From contig JAUIER010000018.1 in NCBI GenBank assembly GCA_030429765.1, positions 9,663-73,662 on the forward strand: DNA of 64,000 nt. The letters are read 5' to 3'. This document shows positions 9,936 to 19,592 of this stretch, piece after piece. The notes under the pieces are model-generated. The model ran no database searches. It was given only the letters and a program-made list of their open reading frames with translations, and was not told the origin of the DNA. Source of the DNA: a bacterium. GTDB lineage: Bacteria; Omnitrophota; Gorgyraeia; Zapsychrales; Zapsychraceae. Both the position numbers and the translations under genes were made by a program. Each line of letters opens with the position of its first letter. The first letter of the stretch is position 1.

Positions 9936-10493
9936 TCAGGCATTAATCCAATCACTAACCACAAACAAATACCAAAGATTAGCGCCAATGGCGACGTTGC
10001 GCTTAAGGGAATGCATCAGGTAATCCCGGACCTCCTCCCGGTGAATGATGACCACTTCAATATCTTCTGAGGCCTCGAGCTGCTGAACCGGACGCTGATT
10101 GACCGGCGACTCTTCATCGATATGGACGTAAACCACACGTCCTGTATCATTCATCACACCGGAGCCCGATTTAATAAACGGACTTTTCTGTACGATCCTT
10201 CCGGTGTAACCGGTTTCCTCTTTGAGTTCTTCGAGAATCAACTCGTCGGAATCATTGTCGAGCCCGGCGGGAAATCCCAGAATGTAACTTTCAATCGCCG
10301 GCCGGTATTGTTTGATCAATACAAATCGTTGAGACGGGACAAGCTTGGGGATAATTACGCAGCAGGAACTGTTGTTCTGCCGCACAACACTCTCCCATTT
10401 AATATAGTTTCCGTGCTTGTTTTCGAACACGGTCTCTTTCAGTGACAGCCACTTGCCGCGGCCGATGAACCGTTCATTGATTTTTCGCATCAT
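9936..10493 (-). CDS. NUDIX hydrolase (ADP-ribose pyrophosphatase-like)
   Basis: KQYRPAI, FPAGL, ELKEETGY Nudix box. Confidence 0.88.
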   Translation of the reverse strand: MMRKINERFIGRGKWLSLKETVFENKHGNYIKWESVVRQNNSSCCVIIPKLVPSQRFVLIKQYRPAIESYILGFPAGLDNDSDELILEELKEETGYTGRIVQKSPFIKSGSGVMNDTGRVVYVHIDEESPVNQRPVQQLEASEDIEVVIIHREEVRDYLMHSLKRNVAIGANLWYLFVVSDWINA

Positions 10494-10513
10494 CGCTCCT
10501 GTGTTGCTGTCAA

Positions 10514-10990
10514 TTAATCGTTAGACTGGAGTGCCTTGACATCCGCCAGAACTTCAGCCGCATGCTCTTCGGGTTTAACCTTGGGATACACCTTGGCCAC
10601 CCGGCCTTTGGGATTCACCAGACATGAACTGCGGGTGATCCCCATGTACTCCTTGCCCATAAACTTTTTCTTGCCCCAGACCCCGTATTCCTTGAGCATT
10701 ACCTGTTCCTCGTCGGATAACAGATCAAAGGTCAAATCAAATTTGTCGGCAAATTTACGGTGACTCTTGGCACTATCGGCACTCACCCCGACAACAGACA
10801 GGTCCAGCTTGTTAAATTTCTGCAGATGCGACTGCATCGCGCAGGCTTCTTTGTTACATCCCGGGGTATTGTCACGCGGGTAGAAATAAATGAGCAGCCA
10901 GTTGCCTTTGAAATCAGTCAGCTTTCGCGGCTCGCCGTCTTGGTTGGGAAGTTTGAAGTTGGGTGCTTTATCGTTTTCTTTGACCTTCAT
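10514..10990 (-). CDS. bcp: Thioredoxin-dependent thiol peroxidase (Bcp/PrxQ)
   Basis: YFYPRDNTPGCNKEAC motif. Confidence 0.93.
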   Translation of the reverse strand: MKVKENDKAPNFKLPNQDGEPRKLTDFKGNWLLIYFYPRDNTPGCNKEACAMQSHLQKFNKLDLSVVGVSADSAKSHRKFADKFDLTFDLLSDEEQVMLKEYGVWGKKKFMGKEYMGITRSSCLVNPKGRVAKVYPKVKPEEHAAEVLADVKALQSND

Positions 10991-11001
10991 GATTGTCTCC
11001 T

Positions 11002-11574
11002 CTATTCGTCTTCAGGTAGAATTTTTTCCAGACCGGCAATGACTTTTGGATCCAACGGATCAACCGGCGAACCGAACCGTGCGCCCACTTGCCCCCCGGG
11101 ATTGACCAGAAACTTATTGAAGTTCCACGTCACGTCGCCGCGAAAATCGGACAGCTCAGTCAGGTACTTATAGAGTTCGTTGATGTCATCCCCCCGAACA
11201 CTGGACTTGGCAAAGACCGGAAACGTGGTCCGGTATTCCAATCGACAGAACTTCTCGATGTCCTGGTTAGATCCGGGCTCCTGACCGCCGAAATTATTCG
11301 CTGGAAAGGCCAGGACCTCAAAGCCGCGTTGCTTGTACGTTTGATACAAGCGCTCAAGCGAGCCGTACTGAGGGGTATAGCCGCACCGCGATGCCGTGTT
11401 AACGATCAGCAGCGCTTTGCCCGCGAACTGATCGAGCGACACCCAATCCCCGTCCATTGTTTGAACGCGATAAGCATGCACGCCGGTGGCATCGGCAGCC
11501 GTCGCATGCGTTGTCATGATCGAAAGAAATACAACCGCCACAAAAATTATCCTTCTCCATGGAATAGACATCAT
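11002..11574 (-). CDS. Glutathione peroxidase, exported
   Basis: VNTASRCGYTPQY, FPANNFGGQEPG, WNFNKFLV; signal peptide. Confidence 0.93.
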   Translation of the reverse strand: MMSIPWRRIIFVAVVFLSIMTTHATAADATGVHAYRVQTMDGDWVSLDQFAGKALLIVNTASRCGYTPQYGSLERLYQTYKQRGFEVLAFPANNFGGQEPGSNQDIEKFCRLEYRTTFPVFAKSSVRGDDINELYKYLTELSDFRGDVTWNFNKFLVNPGGQVGARFGSPVDPLDPKVIAGLEKILPEDE

Positions 11575-11598
11575 GACCCCCTCCTTCGGGTACTGAGA

Positions 11599-12495
11599 TT
11601 AAAAACGCGCGACCAGCTCAAATGTTGTATAGAGCGTTTCTTCCAGCCTTGCTTTGCGCTGATCTTCCTTGTCCACAAATTTAAACGATCGGTTATAGGC
11701 CGCACCGACGGAGAACCGCAGCCGTACGCTTTCATTAAAGCTGTACTGAACGCCGACTCCTGTCGTGTTCTGCTTGTAACGCAAAACACGACCGTCGATA
11801 CCTCCCGTACTGATTTCATATTCATCCAGACGGTAGCGATGTTCAGTGAAGAAGGTGGTTCGGTCATTGTATTGGTAATCAAAGCCGATATCGTCGGACG
11901 TTAATCGAAACGACCATTCATCGCTAAAGGCGTAATTCATGCCCACCACCGGTAGAATTTTCAGGTCAAAATCCGGACGGAACAGTACACCAGCGGTCCA
12001 CAAAAGGTTGTCCCCGCTGTCATATTCGATACGATATTCTGACATCCAGCGGAACGCGCTGGTCTCAAAATCATTGAATGAGTCGCTCCAGGAATCCGTG
12101 AAGTAAGAAGGTATGACCGCTAGACCAATGCGAAATCGGTCGTCATTGAAGTATGGCACCTCAAAGTTGGATCCCACCCGCATTGTACGGCCAACCAGCA
12201 TGGATGGCAAGTCAATCGATGACGAATTGTCACTGATAAACACGTGCTGAAAACCAAAGTCCCATTCCCAGGATACCGCCTCGTCGGGATTAATATCAAA
12301 CTCCACGTCGAGATCATACTCGAAAACGCCGATCTCATTGGCCTTGTTTCGTTCTTCCGCCTTGGGAAACCAACGGTCCAGCGATCGTACGTTGACATCG
12401 ACGCCGCTGATGGCGTCATCGAAAAGCGCTTCGGCCGCACTTGAAACACTAAAAGTAATGGCGCAGGCCATTGTTAGGATCATAAAGTTCCGCAT
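11599..12495 (-). CDS. Outer-membrane beta-barrel protein (DUF6268-like)
   Basis: Signal peptide, alternating beta-strand pattern, C-terminal Phe (ELVARF); GGAGG before ATG at 12495. Confidence 0.7.
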   Translation of the reverse strand: MRNFMILTMACAITFSVSSAAEALFDDAISGVDVNVRSLDRWFPKAEERNKANEIGVFEYDLDVEFDINPDEAVSWEWDFGFQHVFISDNSSSIDLPSMLVGRTMRVGSNFEVPYFNDDRFRIGLAVIPSYFTDSWSDSFNDFETSAFRWMSEYRIEYDSGDNLLWTAGVLFRPDFDLKILPVVGMNYAFSDEWSFRLTSDDIGFDYQYNDRTTFFTEHRYRLDEYEISTGGIDGRVLRYKQNTTGVGVQYSFNESVRLRFSVGAAYNRSFKFVDKEDQRKARLEETLYTTFELVARF

Positions 12496-12543
12496 GATAC
12501 ACCTCCTGTCCGGGCACCCCGTATCGATGCCCTGCATCATTAA

Positions 12544-13257
12544 TTAATCGAAAAGTCGGACGGAGGACAACCCTCCATCGATGTGAAATATCTGTCCGGT
12601 AACAAACTCGGCATGGTCTTCAAGCAGAAAAACAGCCACGCGCGCCATCGACTGAGGATCACCGATTCGTTTGAGCGGATGCCTCGCCTTGGCCAGTTCC
12701 AACTGTTTTTCCCGACTGATCAACGGTTCCGCCAGTCGGGTATTGGTCAGTGACGGCGCAATGGCGTTCACGCGGATATGCGGGGCGAATTCGGCCGCAA
12801 GCGCGCGGGTCAGCCCCTCTACCGCACCTTTGGCTGCGGATATGCTGGCGTGAAACGGCATACCGGTCTGCGCCGCCACACTGCTGAATAGAACGACTGA
12901 CGGATGCGTATCGGCGCGTTTGAGTGCGGGCAGACATGCGCGCAAAACCTTAACGGCACCGAGCAAGTTAATCTCATAGTCCTCCTGGAAGTCTTCATCA
13001 GTCATCCGGGCGAATGGCTTTAGGGTAATCGTCCCCGGGCAGTACACTACACCGTGCAATGGACCACTGATCGCGTTTAGCGGCTCCGCCCCTTGTTTCA
13101 CATCCATTTCAATGTACTGAATCCCATCACGCTCCGCCTGACCGGCGGTGTCGCGTGAGGTGACTATCAGATTGTACTCACGCTTGTGCAGCTGTTCGAC
13201 GACGCATTCGCCGATGCCGGATACACCTCCGACGACAAGTATCGTTCTTGCTGACAT
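12544..13257 (-). CDS. SDR family oxidoreductase
   Basis: GGVSGIG, SISAAKGAVEGL, IRVNAIAP, GQIFHIDGG. Confidence 0.92.
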   Translation of the reverse strand: MSARTILVVGGVSGIGECVVEQLHKREYNLIVTSRDTAGQAERDGIQYIEMDVKQGAEPLNAISGPLHGVVYCPGTITLKPFARMTDEDFQEDYEINLLGAVKVLRACLPALKRADTHPSVVLFSSVAAQTGMPFHASISAAKGAVEGLTRALAAEFAPHIRVNAIAPSLTNTRLAEPLISREKQLELAKARHPLKRIGDPQSMARVAVFLLEDHAEFVTGQIFHIDGGLSSVRLFD

Positions 13258-13271
13258 ACATTATCCTTTGT

Positions 13272-14747
13272 TTAAGGGTGATTAGCTTCTGAGCGACTGG
13301 CGATCTTCTTGATCATGCCGCCGAAAATGTACTCGTGAAACGGGATTAAGAAGTACCAGTAGAATAAACCGGCCAGGCCGCGCGGTTGAAACTGCGCGTG
13401 CTGGACGAGTTGACTTTGGCCGTTCGACATTTCTTTGATGCGAAAATCCAACCGCGCCAAGCCAGGCAGTTTCATCTCGGCTGAGAGCCCCAGATGTTGG
13501 TTCGTCTGAACGGAAACGACGCGCCAGAAATCCAGAATATCCCCAACGGCAATGTTCACATCATCACGCCGACCACGTGACGCCCCGACGCCGCCGACAA
13601 GCCGGTCAATAAATCCCCTGAGCGCCCACAGCCAGGTGCCGTGGTACCAGCCGGTTTTACCGCCGATCCGTGAGACGACGGACCACACATCCTGAGCCGA
13701 GGCATTGATCGTGCGTTCCCGTCGATCTTCCAATATCGTACCGCCCGCCCATTGCGGATCACCTTCCTGGGCCTGAGCGTATCGCGGCATTCGGCCCGCG
13801 TCAGTCCAGTGCGTGGTGACATCATTGGTGTTCACCAGCACCAGCGCCCGGCGAATCGCCTCCCGGCAATCCAGCAATTCCTGCGGGATCAAATCTCTGA
13901 TCCGATCATCCCGGCACACAACAGGGTTTCGCAACCCCTCCGCCAGCGGTCTTGCAATGTAACTAGGCACCGGGGTGACAAAATGAATCCATAAAGAGCT
14001 GAGTTTCGGCGTCAATACCGGAACCGGAATCACAAAACGTTTTCGTAACCCGGCCTCCTCGGCATACGTCCTCATCAAATCCAGGTAGGATACCACCTCA
14101 CTGCCGCCGATATCGTAGGTCTCACCGGTTGTTTGCTCGACGCTGACACATCCGGCCAGATACTCGATCACATTACGGATCGCGATCGGTTGATTGGGCG
14201 TCTTGACCCAGCGGGGCGTGACCATAACCGGCAACCGCTCGACCAAGTACCGTAATATCTCAAACGATGCACTGCCCGACCCGATAATCATCGCCGCCCT
14301 AAACGCCGTGACCGGTACCGGTCCGCTTTTGAGAATCTCTTCGACTTCATGGCGGGATTTCAAATGCTTGCTCAGGTCAGCCGCCTCCTCGCCTAATCCA
14401 CCTAAATAAATAATCCGTTTAAGGCCGCACTGCTGACTGATCCGGATCATATTGTTAGCCGCCTGTCGATCGGCACTTTCGAAATCACGGCTCTGCGGAT
14501 TCATCGAGTGTATCAGGTAAAAGGCAATATCCGAATCCTGCAAGGCCTCACGCAATGAATCTGGATCGTGTATATCAACTTCACACAATTCGACATTGGG
14601 GTCGTTAGACCAGGCGCGACTTTGAAGTTTGTTTTGTGATCGGCCAGTCGCGCGAACCTTGTAACCGTCTTCGAGTAACCGTGGAACCAGACGTCCACCG
14701 ACATATCCGGTGGCTCCTAAGACGACAACGCGTTTGACTTCGCTCAT
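13272..14747 (-). CDS. Atypical SDR with DUF2867 C-terminus (YbjT-like)
   Basis: GATGYVGGRL, IIGSGSASFE, IGGKTGWY, AEMKLPG, F.PRGLAG..YWY. Confidence 0.9.
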   Translation of the reverse strand: MSEVKRVVVLGATGYVGGRLVPRLLEDGYKVRATGRSQNKLQSRAWSNDPNVELCEVDIHDPDSLREALQDSDIAFYLIHSMNPQSRDFESADRQAANNMIRISQQCGLKRIIYLGGLGEEAADLSKHLKSRHEVEEILKSGPVPVTAFRAAMIIGSGSASFEILRYLVERLPVMVTPRWVKTPNQPIAIRNVIEYLAGCVSVEQTTGETYDIGGSEVVSYLDLMRTYAEEAGLRKRFVIPVPVLTPKLSSLWIHFVTPVPSYIARPLAEGLRNPVVCRDDRIRDLIPQELLDCREAIRRALVLVNTNDVTTHWTDAGRMPRYAQAQEGDPQWAGGTILEDRRERTINASAQDVWSVVSRIGGKTGWYHGTWLWALRGFIDRLVGGVGASRGRRDDVNIAVGDILDFWRVVSVQTNQHLGLSAEMKLPGLARLDFRIKEMSNGQSQLVQHAQFQPRGLAGLFYWYFLIPFHEYIFGGMIKKIASRSEANHP

Positions 14748-15127
14748 TGGACACGATCCCTTTTAAAGATGAACACGGATTCATCCGACGGCCAGTCCTC
14801 AAAGACATATTCGGGTGCGACAAGCGGCCGATAATCCGCGGGTTGCTCGATGGGAAACGTCACAACGTCCCATACCCCCGCGCCAAAGCGTTTGAAGTCC
14901 TGCACCACACCGTACACGGCACCTGAAATCACCCACACAATGATATGATCGGTCTGCTGCGCGCCTTCGATCCAATACTGCCGGGCCTGCCGCGGTATTT
15001 CAAACGGAGCCGTGACGATATTGACCAAACCGCGCTTGAGCTTTTGAGCGGGCGAAGAGGCATGTGCCGTTCCACTCCAAATAAGTAGTGACAAAATCAC
15101 AATTATGTTTGTCGATGCCCGTCTCAC
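14744..15127 (-). CDS. Exosortase-system-associated protein, TIGR04073-like
   Basis: KLKRGLVNIVTAPFEIP ... GVWDVVTFP..P..PEYV. Confidence 0.75.
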   Translation of the reverse strand: MRRASTNIIVILSLLIWSGTAHASSPAQKLKRGLVNIVTAPFEIPRQARQYWIEGAQQTDHIIVWVISGAVYGVVQDFKRFGAGVWDVVTFPIEQPADYRPLVAPEYVFEDWPSDESVFIFKRDRVQ

Positions 15128-15140
15128 GATTCAGCTTCTC

Positions 15141-15980
15141 CTAGAGGTAATCTTCAATCCTTATCTTTTGAAATTCCAGCGTCAACGGTGTCTCATCGCG
15201 GAAGAATTGATATTCTTCCACAAAAAATTCATGCGAGTATTTGGTCGATCCCACCGAATCGGTGAGCTTGATGTTATGCGCCAATTGAATCCCCTGCACC
15301 TCCCGGTAATCCCGGTATTCCACAACACCGCGATAAGACTTGAGCAGACTTCGAAGCGTGAATTCAACAAAGTCGATACTCAGATCGCGTTGCGATATCC
15401 ACACGATGTACTGGTCTTCTGTCTTGGATACCTCGAAATTTCCGTTGGTGACAAATATCTTGTGATAGAGTTCTCCGTCAAGCTCATCTTCACCTTGATA
15501 GGTAATCACGGACGCATTGACCAAACTCTGCGGCCAGAAAAAGTAGTCACGGATTGGCGGCAGATATCCCATCAGTCTGGCGCTGGTGGCATCCTCACCG
15601 TCGGACGTATATCCCTGGTCACCCCGCGTGATCCAACTCGTTCCGGCCTCGTCTCCATCGAGAAGCGTCATTCGTGCTTCATCACGTTTGAGTTCAAAGA
15701 CAAATTCGATCAACTGATCATTCAGTGTCAGTGGTGTAAATCGCCGGATCAGCCCGGAATACCACACATCACGCGCCGTCACCGTCCATGTGTCAAACCG
15801 GTCCCATTGACTGCTGACGTCCCGCTTCCACGTGGCCTGTTGCAGCAGGATACGTCCGCGTTCGACCTGGGCGGCGTCAAGACCTGTCTTGCGAAGTTGA
15901 GCAGATCGCAAATCTGCGACTGAGCAGCCGCTCAGCCCCAAAACACAAATTGTTAACAAACATAGTTCGGTGATTTTCAT
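15141..15980 (-). CDS. Hypothetical lipoprotein (possible LolA-like fold)
   Basis: Lipobox LSGC; C-terminal DYREVQGIQLAH motif. Confidence 0.65.
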   Translation of the reverse strand: MKITELCLLTICVLGLSGCSVADLRSAQLRKTGLDAAQVERGRILLQQATWKRDVSSQWDRFDTWTVTARDVWYSGLIRRFTPLTLNDQLIEFVFELKRDEARMTLLDGDEAGTSWITRGDQGYTSDGEDATSARLMGYLPPIRDYFFWPQSLVNASVITYQGEDELDGELYHKIFVTNGNFEVSKTEDQYIVWISQRDLSIDFVEFTLRSLLKSYRGVVEYRDYREVQGIQLAHNIKLTDSVGSTKYSHEFFVEEYQFFRDETPLTLEFQKIRIEDYL

Positions 15981-15981
15981 C

Positions 15982-16767
15982 TTAGGCCTTTCTGGGCAGT
16001 GGAATAAAAAAGCTGGTTGTCCGCATATATTCGCGGAAGGCTTCCCCTTTTATGCGCAGCGCGTTCTTCTCCATGATCGGTATACCTGTGACCTTCATCA
16101 GCAGAAACAGCATAAAGGCCGGCGCAAGGGTCCCTAGATATCCCAGCGGACTTCCCAAACACATCACCGCGTACGATACCCACATCCACCATTCAAAAAA
16201 GAAATTGGGATGACGTGAGTAGGCCCAGAGACCTTCCTGACAGATCTTACCTTTGTTCTGCGGCTGGCGCTTGAACCGGTCCAACTGAATGTCGGCGACG
16301 GATTCGCCTACCAAGCCGACGACCCATAGCACAATACCAAATATTTCGATCCAATGGATTGATGTTGACGGGTTGAGAAACATCAGCAGGAACGGCACCG
16401 CGAGGATGAGATTAAAGATCGGCTGAAGCTGATAGATGACGAAGAAGTTTCGGTTGGCGTTGGCACCCCAGTCCTCTCGGAATTGTGCGTAACGGCTGTC
16501 CTCTTCCGCGTCGTTGATCATGCGTGCGATCAGGTGCGACGAAAGTCTTGCCGACCAAGCGGTCACTAAGGCAATCACGATGACCTCTCGGATCCAGTAC
16601 CCGTCCAGCTGCAAGGCGTACCAATACACCAGCAAGGCCATACCGATACTCCAGCCGATGTCGGCCGTGGTCGCATTACGTGTACGTGACTGAATCAACC
16701 AGAGAACTAATTGTAGTGTGAACAGGATCAGATATCCTGAAATGATCGTTCCTAAAACTCCTGTCAT
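15982..16767 (-). CDS. DUF1295 / steroid 5-alpha-reductase family membrane protein
   Basis: EDSRY, ESVADIQL, GLWAYSRHPNFFFEW. Confidence 0.92.
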   Translation of the reverse strand: MTGVLGTIISGYLILFTLQLVLWLIQSRTRNATTADIGWSIGMALLVYWYALQLDGYWIREVIVIALVTAWSARLSSHLIARMINDAEEDSRYAQFREDWGANANRNFFVIYQLQPIFNLILAVPFLLMFLNPSTSIHWIEIFGIVLWVVGLVGESVADIQLDRFKRQPQNKGKICQEGLWAYSRHPNFFFEWWMWVSYAVMCLGSPLGYLGTLAPAFMLFLLMKVTGIPIMEKNALRIKGEAFREYMRTTSFFIPLPRKA

Positions 16768-16777
16768 GCCTACCCCC

Positions 16778-17467
16778 TTATGCCATACTCACTTTGCCGG
16801 ATAGATGTTTGCGTAATACCTTTTTCATGTAGACCGAGAACACGATCAGGACGACCACGATAAAGATGCCCACGGCCCATGTCTGCGCACCGCCAAATTC
16901 AAAATCTCCGGGAGAACTGATAACCGTTCCCGTGACCGAACCCATGTAGGTGTACAGCAGGAGCATGGCGGACATACCGAGCCATGTGCCCCACAGGTAT
17001 TCTCGAACCTTCATCTTGGACAGTCCGCATGTGACATTGAGGACGATCATGTGAACAATCGGCACCGCGCGCAGCATAGCCAAAACCTTCCACCCCTCTT
17101 CTTCGATCGCCCGGATCAATCCTTGCACCTTGTCATGGTTGGCAAACTTCTCGGCAAACCATTCGCGGGCGGAGAAACGGGATAGGAGAAACATCCCCAG
17201 ACACGAGGCCAGATTCCCCAGCGATACGACGATCCATCCGACCCATGGTCCGAACAGGATTCCGGCCGCAATACTGAGCATGAATACCGGAAACAGCCAC
17301 GAGGACGTCAACGAGAAGAAAACAAAATAGATCACGGGCGCCCACACACCAAAACCGCGAAACCATTCGATCATAGTGTTGAGATACTCGGTCAACGGCA
17401 AGCGCGATAATCCGAAGAGGATCGCCACAAACAGTACGATTCCGATGATCAGTTTTTTGTTATTCAT
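16778..17467 (-). CDS. TVP38/TMEM64 (DedA-superfamily) membrane protein
   Basis: AAGILFGPWVG, LRAVP, YLWGTWLG. Confidence 0.85.
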   Translation of the reverse strand: MNNKKLIIGIVLFVAILFGLSRLPLTEYLNTMIEWFRGFGVWAPVIYFVFFSLTSSWLFPVFMLSIAAGILFGPWVGWIVVSLGNLASCLGMFLLSRFSAREWFAEKFANHDKVQGLIRAIEEEGWKVLAMLRAVPIVHMIVLNVTCGLSKMKVREYLWGTWLGMSAMLLLYTYMGSVTGTVISSPGDFEFGGAQTWAVGIFIVVVLIVFSVYMKKVLRKHLSGKVSMA

Positions 17468-17480
17468 CTCTTCGTCTCCC

Positions 17481-17927
17481 TTAGGCCTGATGATGGCTGG
17501 CCATTTTTTTCTTCGCGTATCTGATGATCCCCCCGACGAGCGGAAGTCCTTCATAAACAAAAGCGCCCATGTCAAAGTAATCCCGGTGGTAGATGGCCTT
17601 GCCGTCTTCGTGGTTAAAATGAATCACCGAAACGCCTTCGACCTGAATGGGTTTACCGCCGTTGAGCTTCTTAGCGGTCAGGTCCATCCGCCAGACCAAT
17701 GTTGTTTTGTTATCCTCGACGATTTCGTCGTGGATGATAAAGTCGATCGATTCAACATTTTTGTACATGTTCGCGTAGTAGTTCTTCACGTTCATCCGTC
17801 CGCGGATATCCACGATTGGATCCTGAAAACGGCAGCCTTCACTATAGAAGTCATCAACCAGATGCATGGTTTTGGCGCTCAGCTGCTGAAAGAATTCTCG
17901 ACTAGATAGATATTGTGTCATGTTCAT
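17481..17927 (-). CDS. NTF2/SnoaL-like protein
   Basis: FQDPI, HRDYFD, YEGLPLVG. Confidence 0.88.
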   Translation of the reverse strand: MNMTQYLSSREFFQQLSAKTMHLVDDFYSEGCRFQDPIVDIRGRMNVKNYYANMYKNVESIDFIIHDEIVEDNKTTLVWRMDLTAKKLNGGKPIQVEGVSVIHFNHEDGKAIYHRDYFDMGAFVYEGLPLVGGIIRYAKKKMASHHQA

Positions 17928-18864
17928 CCCTCACTGGTTGACGGTTTACAGACGGTGATTGAGCGCGGCCCTCGGTACGATTGGGGAATTCGGAAACATA
18001 TTCGGGTTTCTGGGCCGCGAAAATTCGATACTGATGTATGCCGCTACTGAGCGCCTCGTACTGCGTCCGGTTTGCCCGGACCAACCGGTTTTGGCTTTCG
18101 CTCCGGAGGCCCAGTCGCTTGAGTAAGCCGCCTAGCGCCACACCAAACCAGGACATCTGATTGAGCCGACGCGACGACGGCAGTACATTGTGCGTCACGT
18201 CAAAGAACTGGATTTGCCTGAGGTCAAGCGTCTCGAGCATGCAGTCAAAACGCTGCGCATACTCAAATTCATGGAAGCATAGACCGCCGAGCACCGTCTG
18301 TCTGAGGGCTTCGGTCGAGGCGGAAAAACGGTCACGGCTGCGGAAATAGTCGGCGCCGATGATCCGTCCTCCGGGCTTTAATAGCCGGGTCCATTCGCGT
18401 AACGCGAGATATTGATCCGCCGAATGTGACAGACTCTCAACCGCCCACACCACGTCGAATTGCTCATCTTGCAAATCAATGGCATGAAAATCCTGAACGG
18501 CAAACTTCACCAGATGTGCGACATTGTGACGCTTGGCATTACGTCTGGCCTCACCGATCTGTTGAGGCGAAACATTGATCCCCAACACGCGACATCCATA
18601 CTCGCGCGCCAGGCGGATTGCGCTGCCGCCGACACCGCATCCTACATCCAACACATAATCGGTGTCGCGAATCCCAACCTCCTCGGCCAGAAATGCGTCG
18701 GTGCGTGCCAGGGCTTCAGGAACCGAGTTAACGCGCTCGTCCCAGAAACCGATACGCATCGACATACTCTGATCCAAGTCCCAGAAGCGGACATAGTCGT
18801 CGCGCACGTCGCTGTAATACATATTCGAAATCCTGATATTTGATGTCCCTTGAGTTTTCATCAT
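17902..18864 (-). CDS. Class I SAM-dependent methyltransferase (tocopherol/sterol MT-like)
   Basis: VLDVGCGVGG, FDVVWAVESLSH, RLLKPGG. Confidence 0.88.
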   Translation of the reverse strand: MMKTQGTSNIRISNMYYSDVRDDYVRFWDLDQSMSMRIGFWDERVNSVPEALARTDAFLAEEVGIRDTDYVLDVGCGVGGSAIRLAREYGCRVLGINVSPQQIGEARRNAKRHNVAHLVKFAVQDFHAIDLQDEQFDVVWAVESLSHSADQYLALREWTRLLKPGGRIIGADYFRSRDRFSASTEALRQTVLGGLCFHEFEYAQRFDCMLETLDLRQIQFFDVTHNVLPSSRRLNQMSWFGVALGGLLKRLGLRSESQNRLVRANRTQYEALSSGIHQYRIFAAQKPEYVSEFPNRTEGRAQSPSVNRQPVRDEHDTISI

Positions 18865-18895
18865 GCACCTTAACCTTTCGGCTAGTACGCCTCGT

Positions 18896-19471
18896 TTAGG
18901 TAACTCCCAAAATCTGTTTTTTTAGCTTCTTGTCGAATGGCTTGTCACCGATCCAGACCGCGTACAGGGCCTTTGAAAATCGCTCGCCTTCGATGATCCC
19001 GACCAGCTCTCCGTTATGCAGAAATTTGGTGCCGATTTGCGGGATATACATCAGCTCGTAGGTGTCTCCCGGTTCGAGGTCGACAAAGTATTGACGCATT
19101 AGCCTGATCTCCCGATCCAGCGTGTTGAACTCTTCCTTGGAGATATTGTCGAGCATGGACTTGATCGTGAAGTCGCTGAGCTTACGGCCGGGAATACTCA
19201 CATGATAACGAACGCGGATCTTCTTGGCCGCTGCCTCAAGGTCGACCCCGTCTTCCTTATAGAGGCCCGCTTCGAACGCCTTGATGAACAGCATCGACTT
19301 TTCTCCCACTCCCTGAAGCTTCATATTGATACCGCTGTTTGAGAACTCCGGAGGAAAATCCGCTGTCTCTCCGGCCTGGGCCCAAACGGCTCCGCACAGG
19401 CTCAATATGATGACGGCTGCGGTACAGATCACTGGCTTAACTTGCGAAATTTTCAGAATGTTTGCTGCCAT
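18896..19471 (-). CDS. Chalcone-isomerase-fold exported protein
   Basis: LQGVG, GDTYEL, F..ALYAVWIGDKP...LKKQILG; signal peptide. Confidence 0.85.
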   Translation of the reverse strand: MAANILKISQVKPVICTAAVIILSLCGAVWAQAGETADFPPEFSNSGINMKLQGVGEKSMLFIKAFEAGLYKEDGVDLEAAAKKIRVRYHVSIPGRKLSDFTIKSMLDNISKEEFNTLDREIRLMRQYFVDLEPGDTYELMYIPQIGTKFLHNGELVGIIEGERFSKALYAVWIGDKPFDKKLKKQILGVT

Positions 19472-19543
19472 AACGGCCTCCTTTGTGGGTTGTCTGTTGC
19501 TCCACTACTAGAGTAACAAACTGGAGAGAAACTTCAACGCCTG

Positions 19544-19574
19544 ACATTGACTTACACATCATGTATATCAATGT
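19544..19574. promoter_or_regulatory. Imperfect palindrome, candidate operator upstream of the chalcone-isomerase-led operon
   Basis: ACATTGACTTACA-catca-TGTATATCAATGT; a TTGAAG-N16-TACTCT promoter-like sequence follows on the minus strand. Confidence 0.5.
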
Positions 19575-19592
19575 AAGTGTTTTGAAAATACC

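Noticed and set aside
11002-11574. Possible selenocysteine GPx
   Set aside because: The active site is an ordinary Cys codon (ASRCG) with no in-frame TGA.
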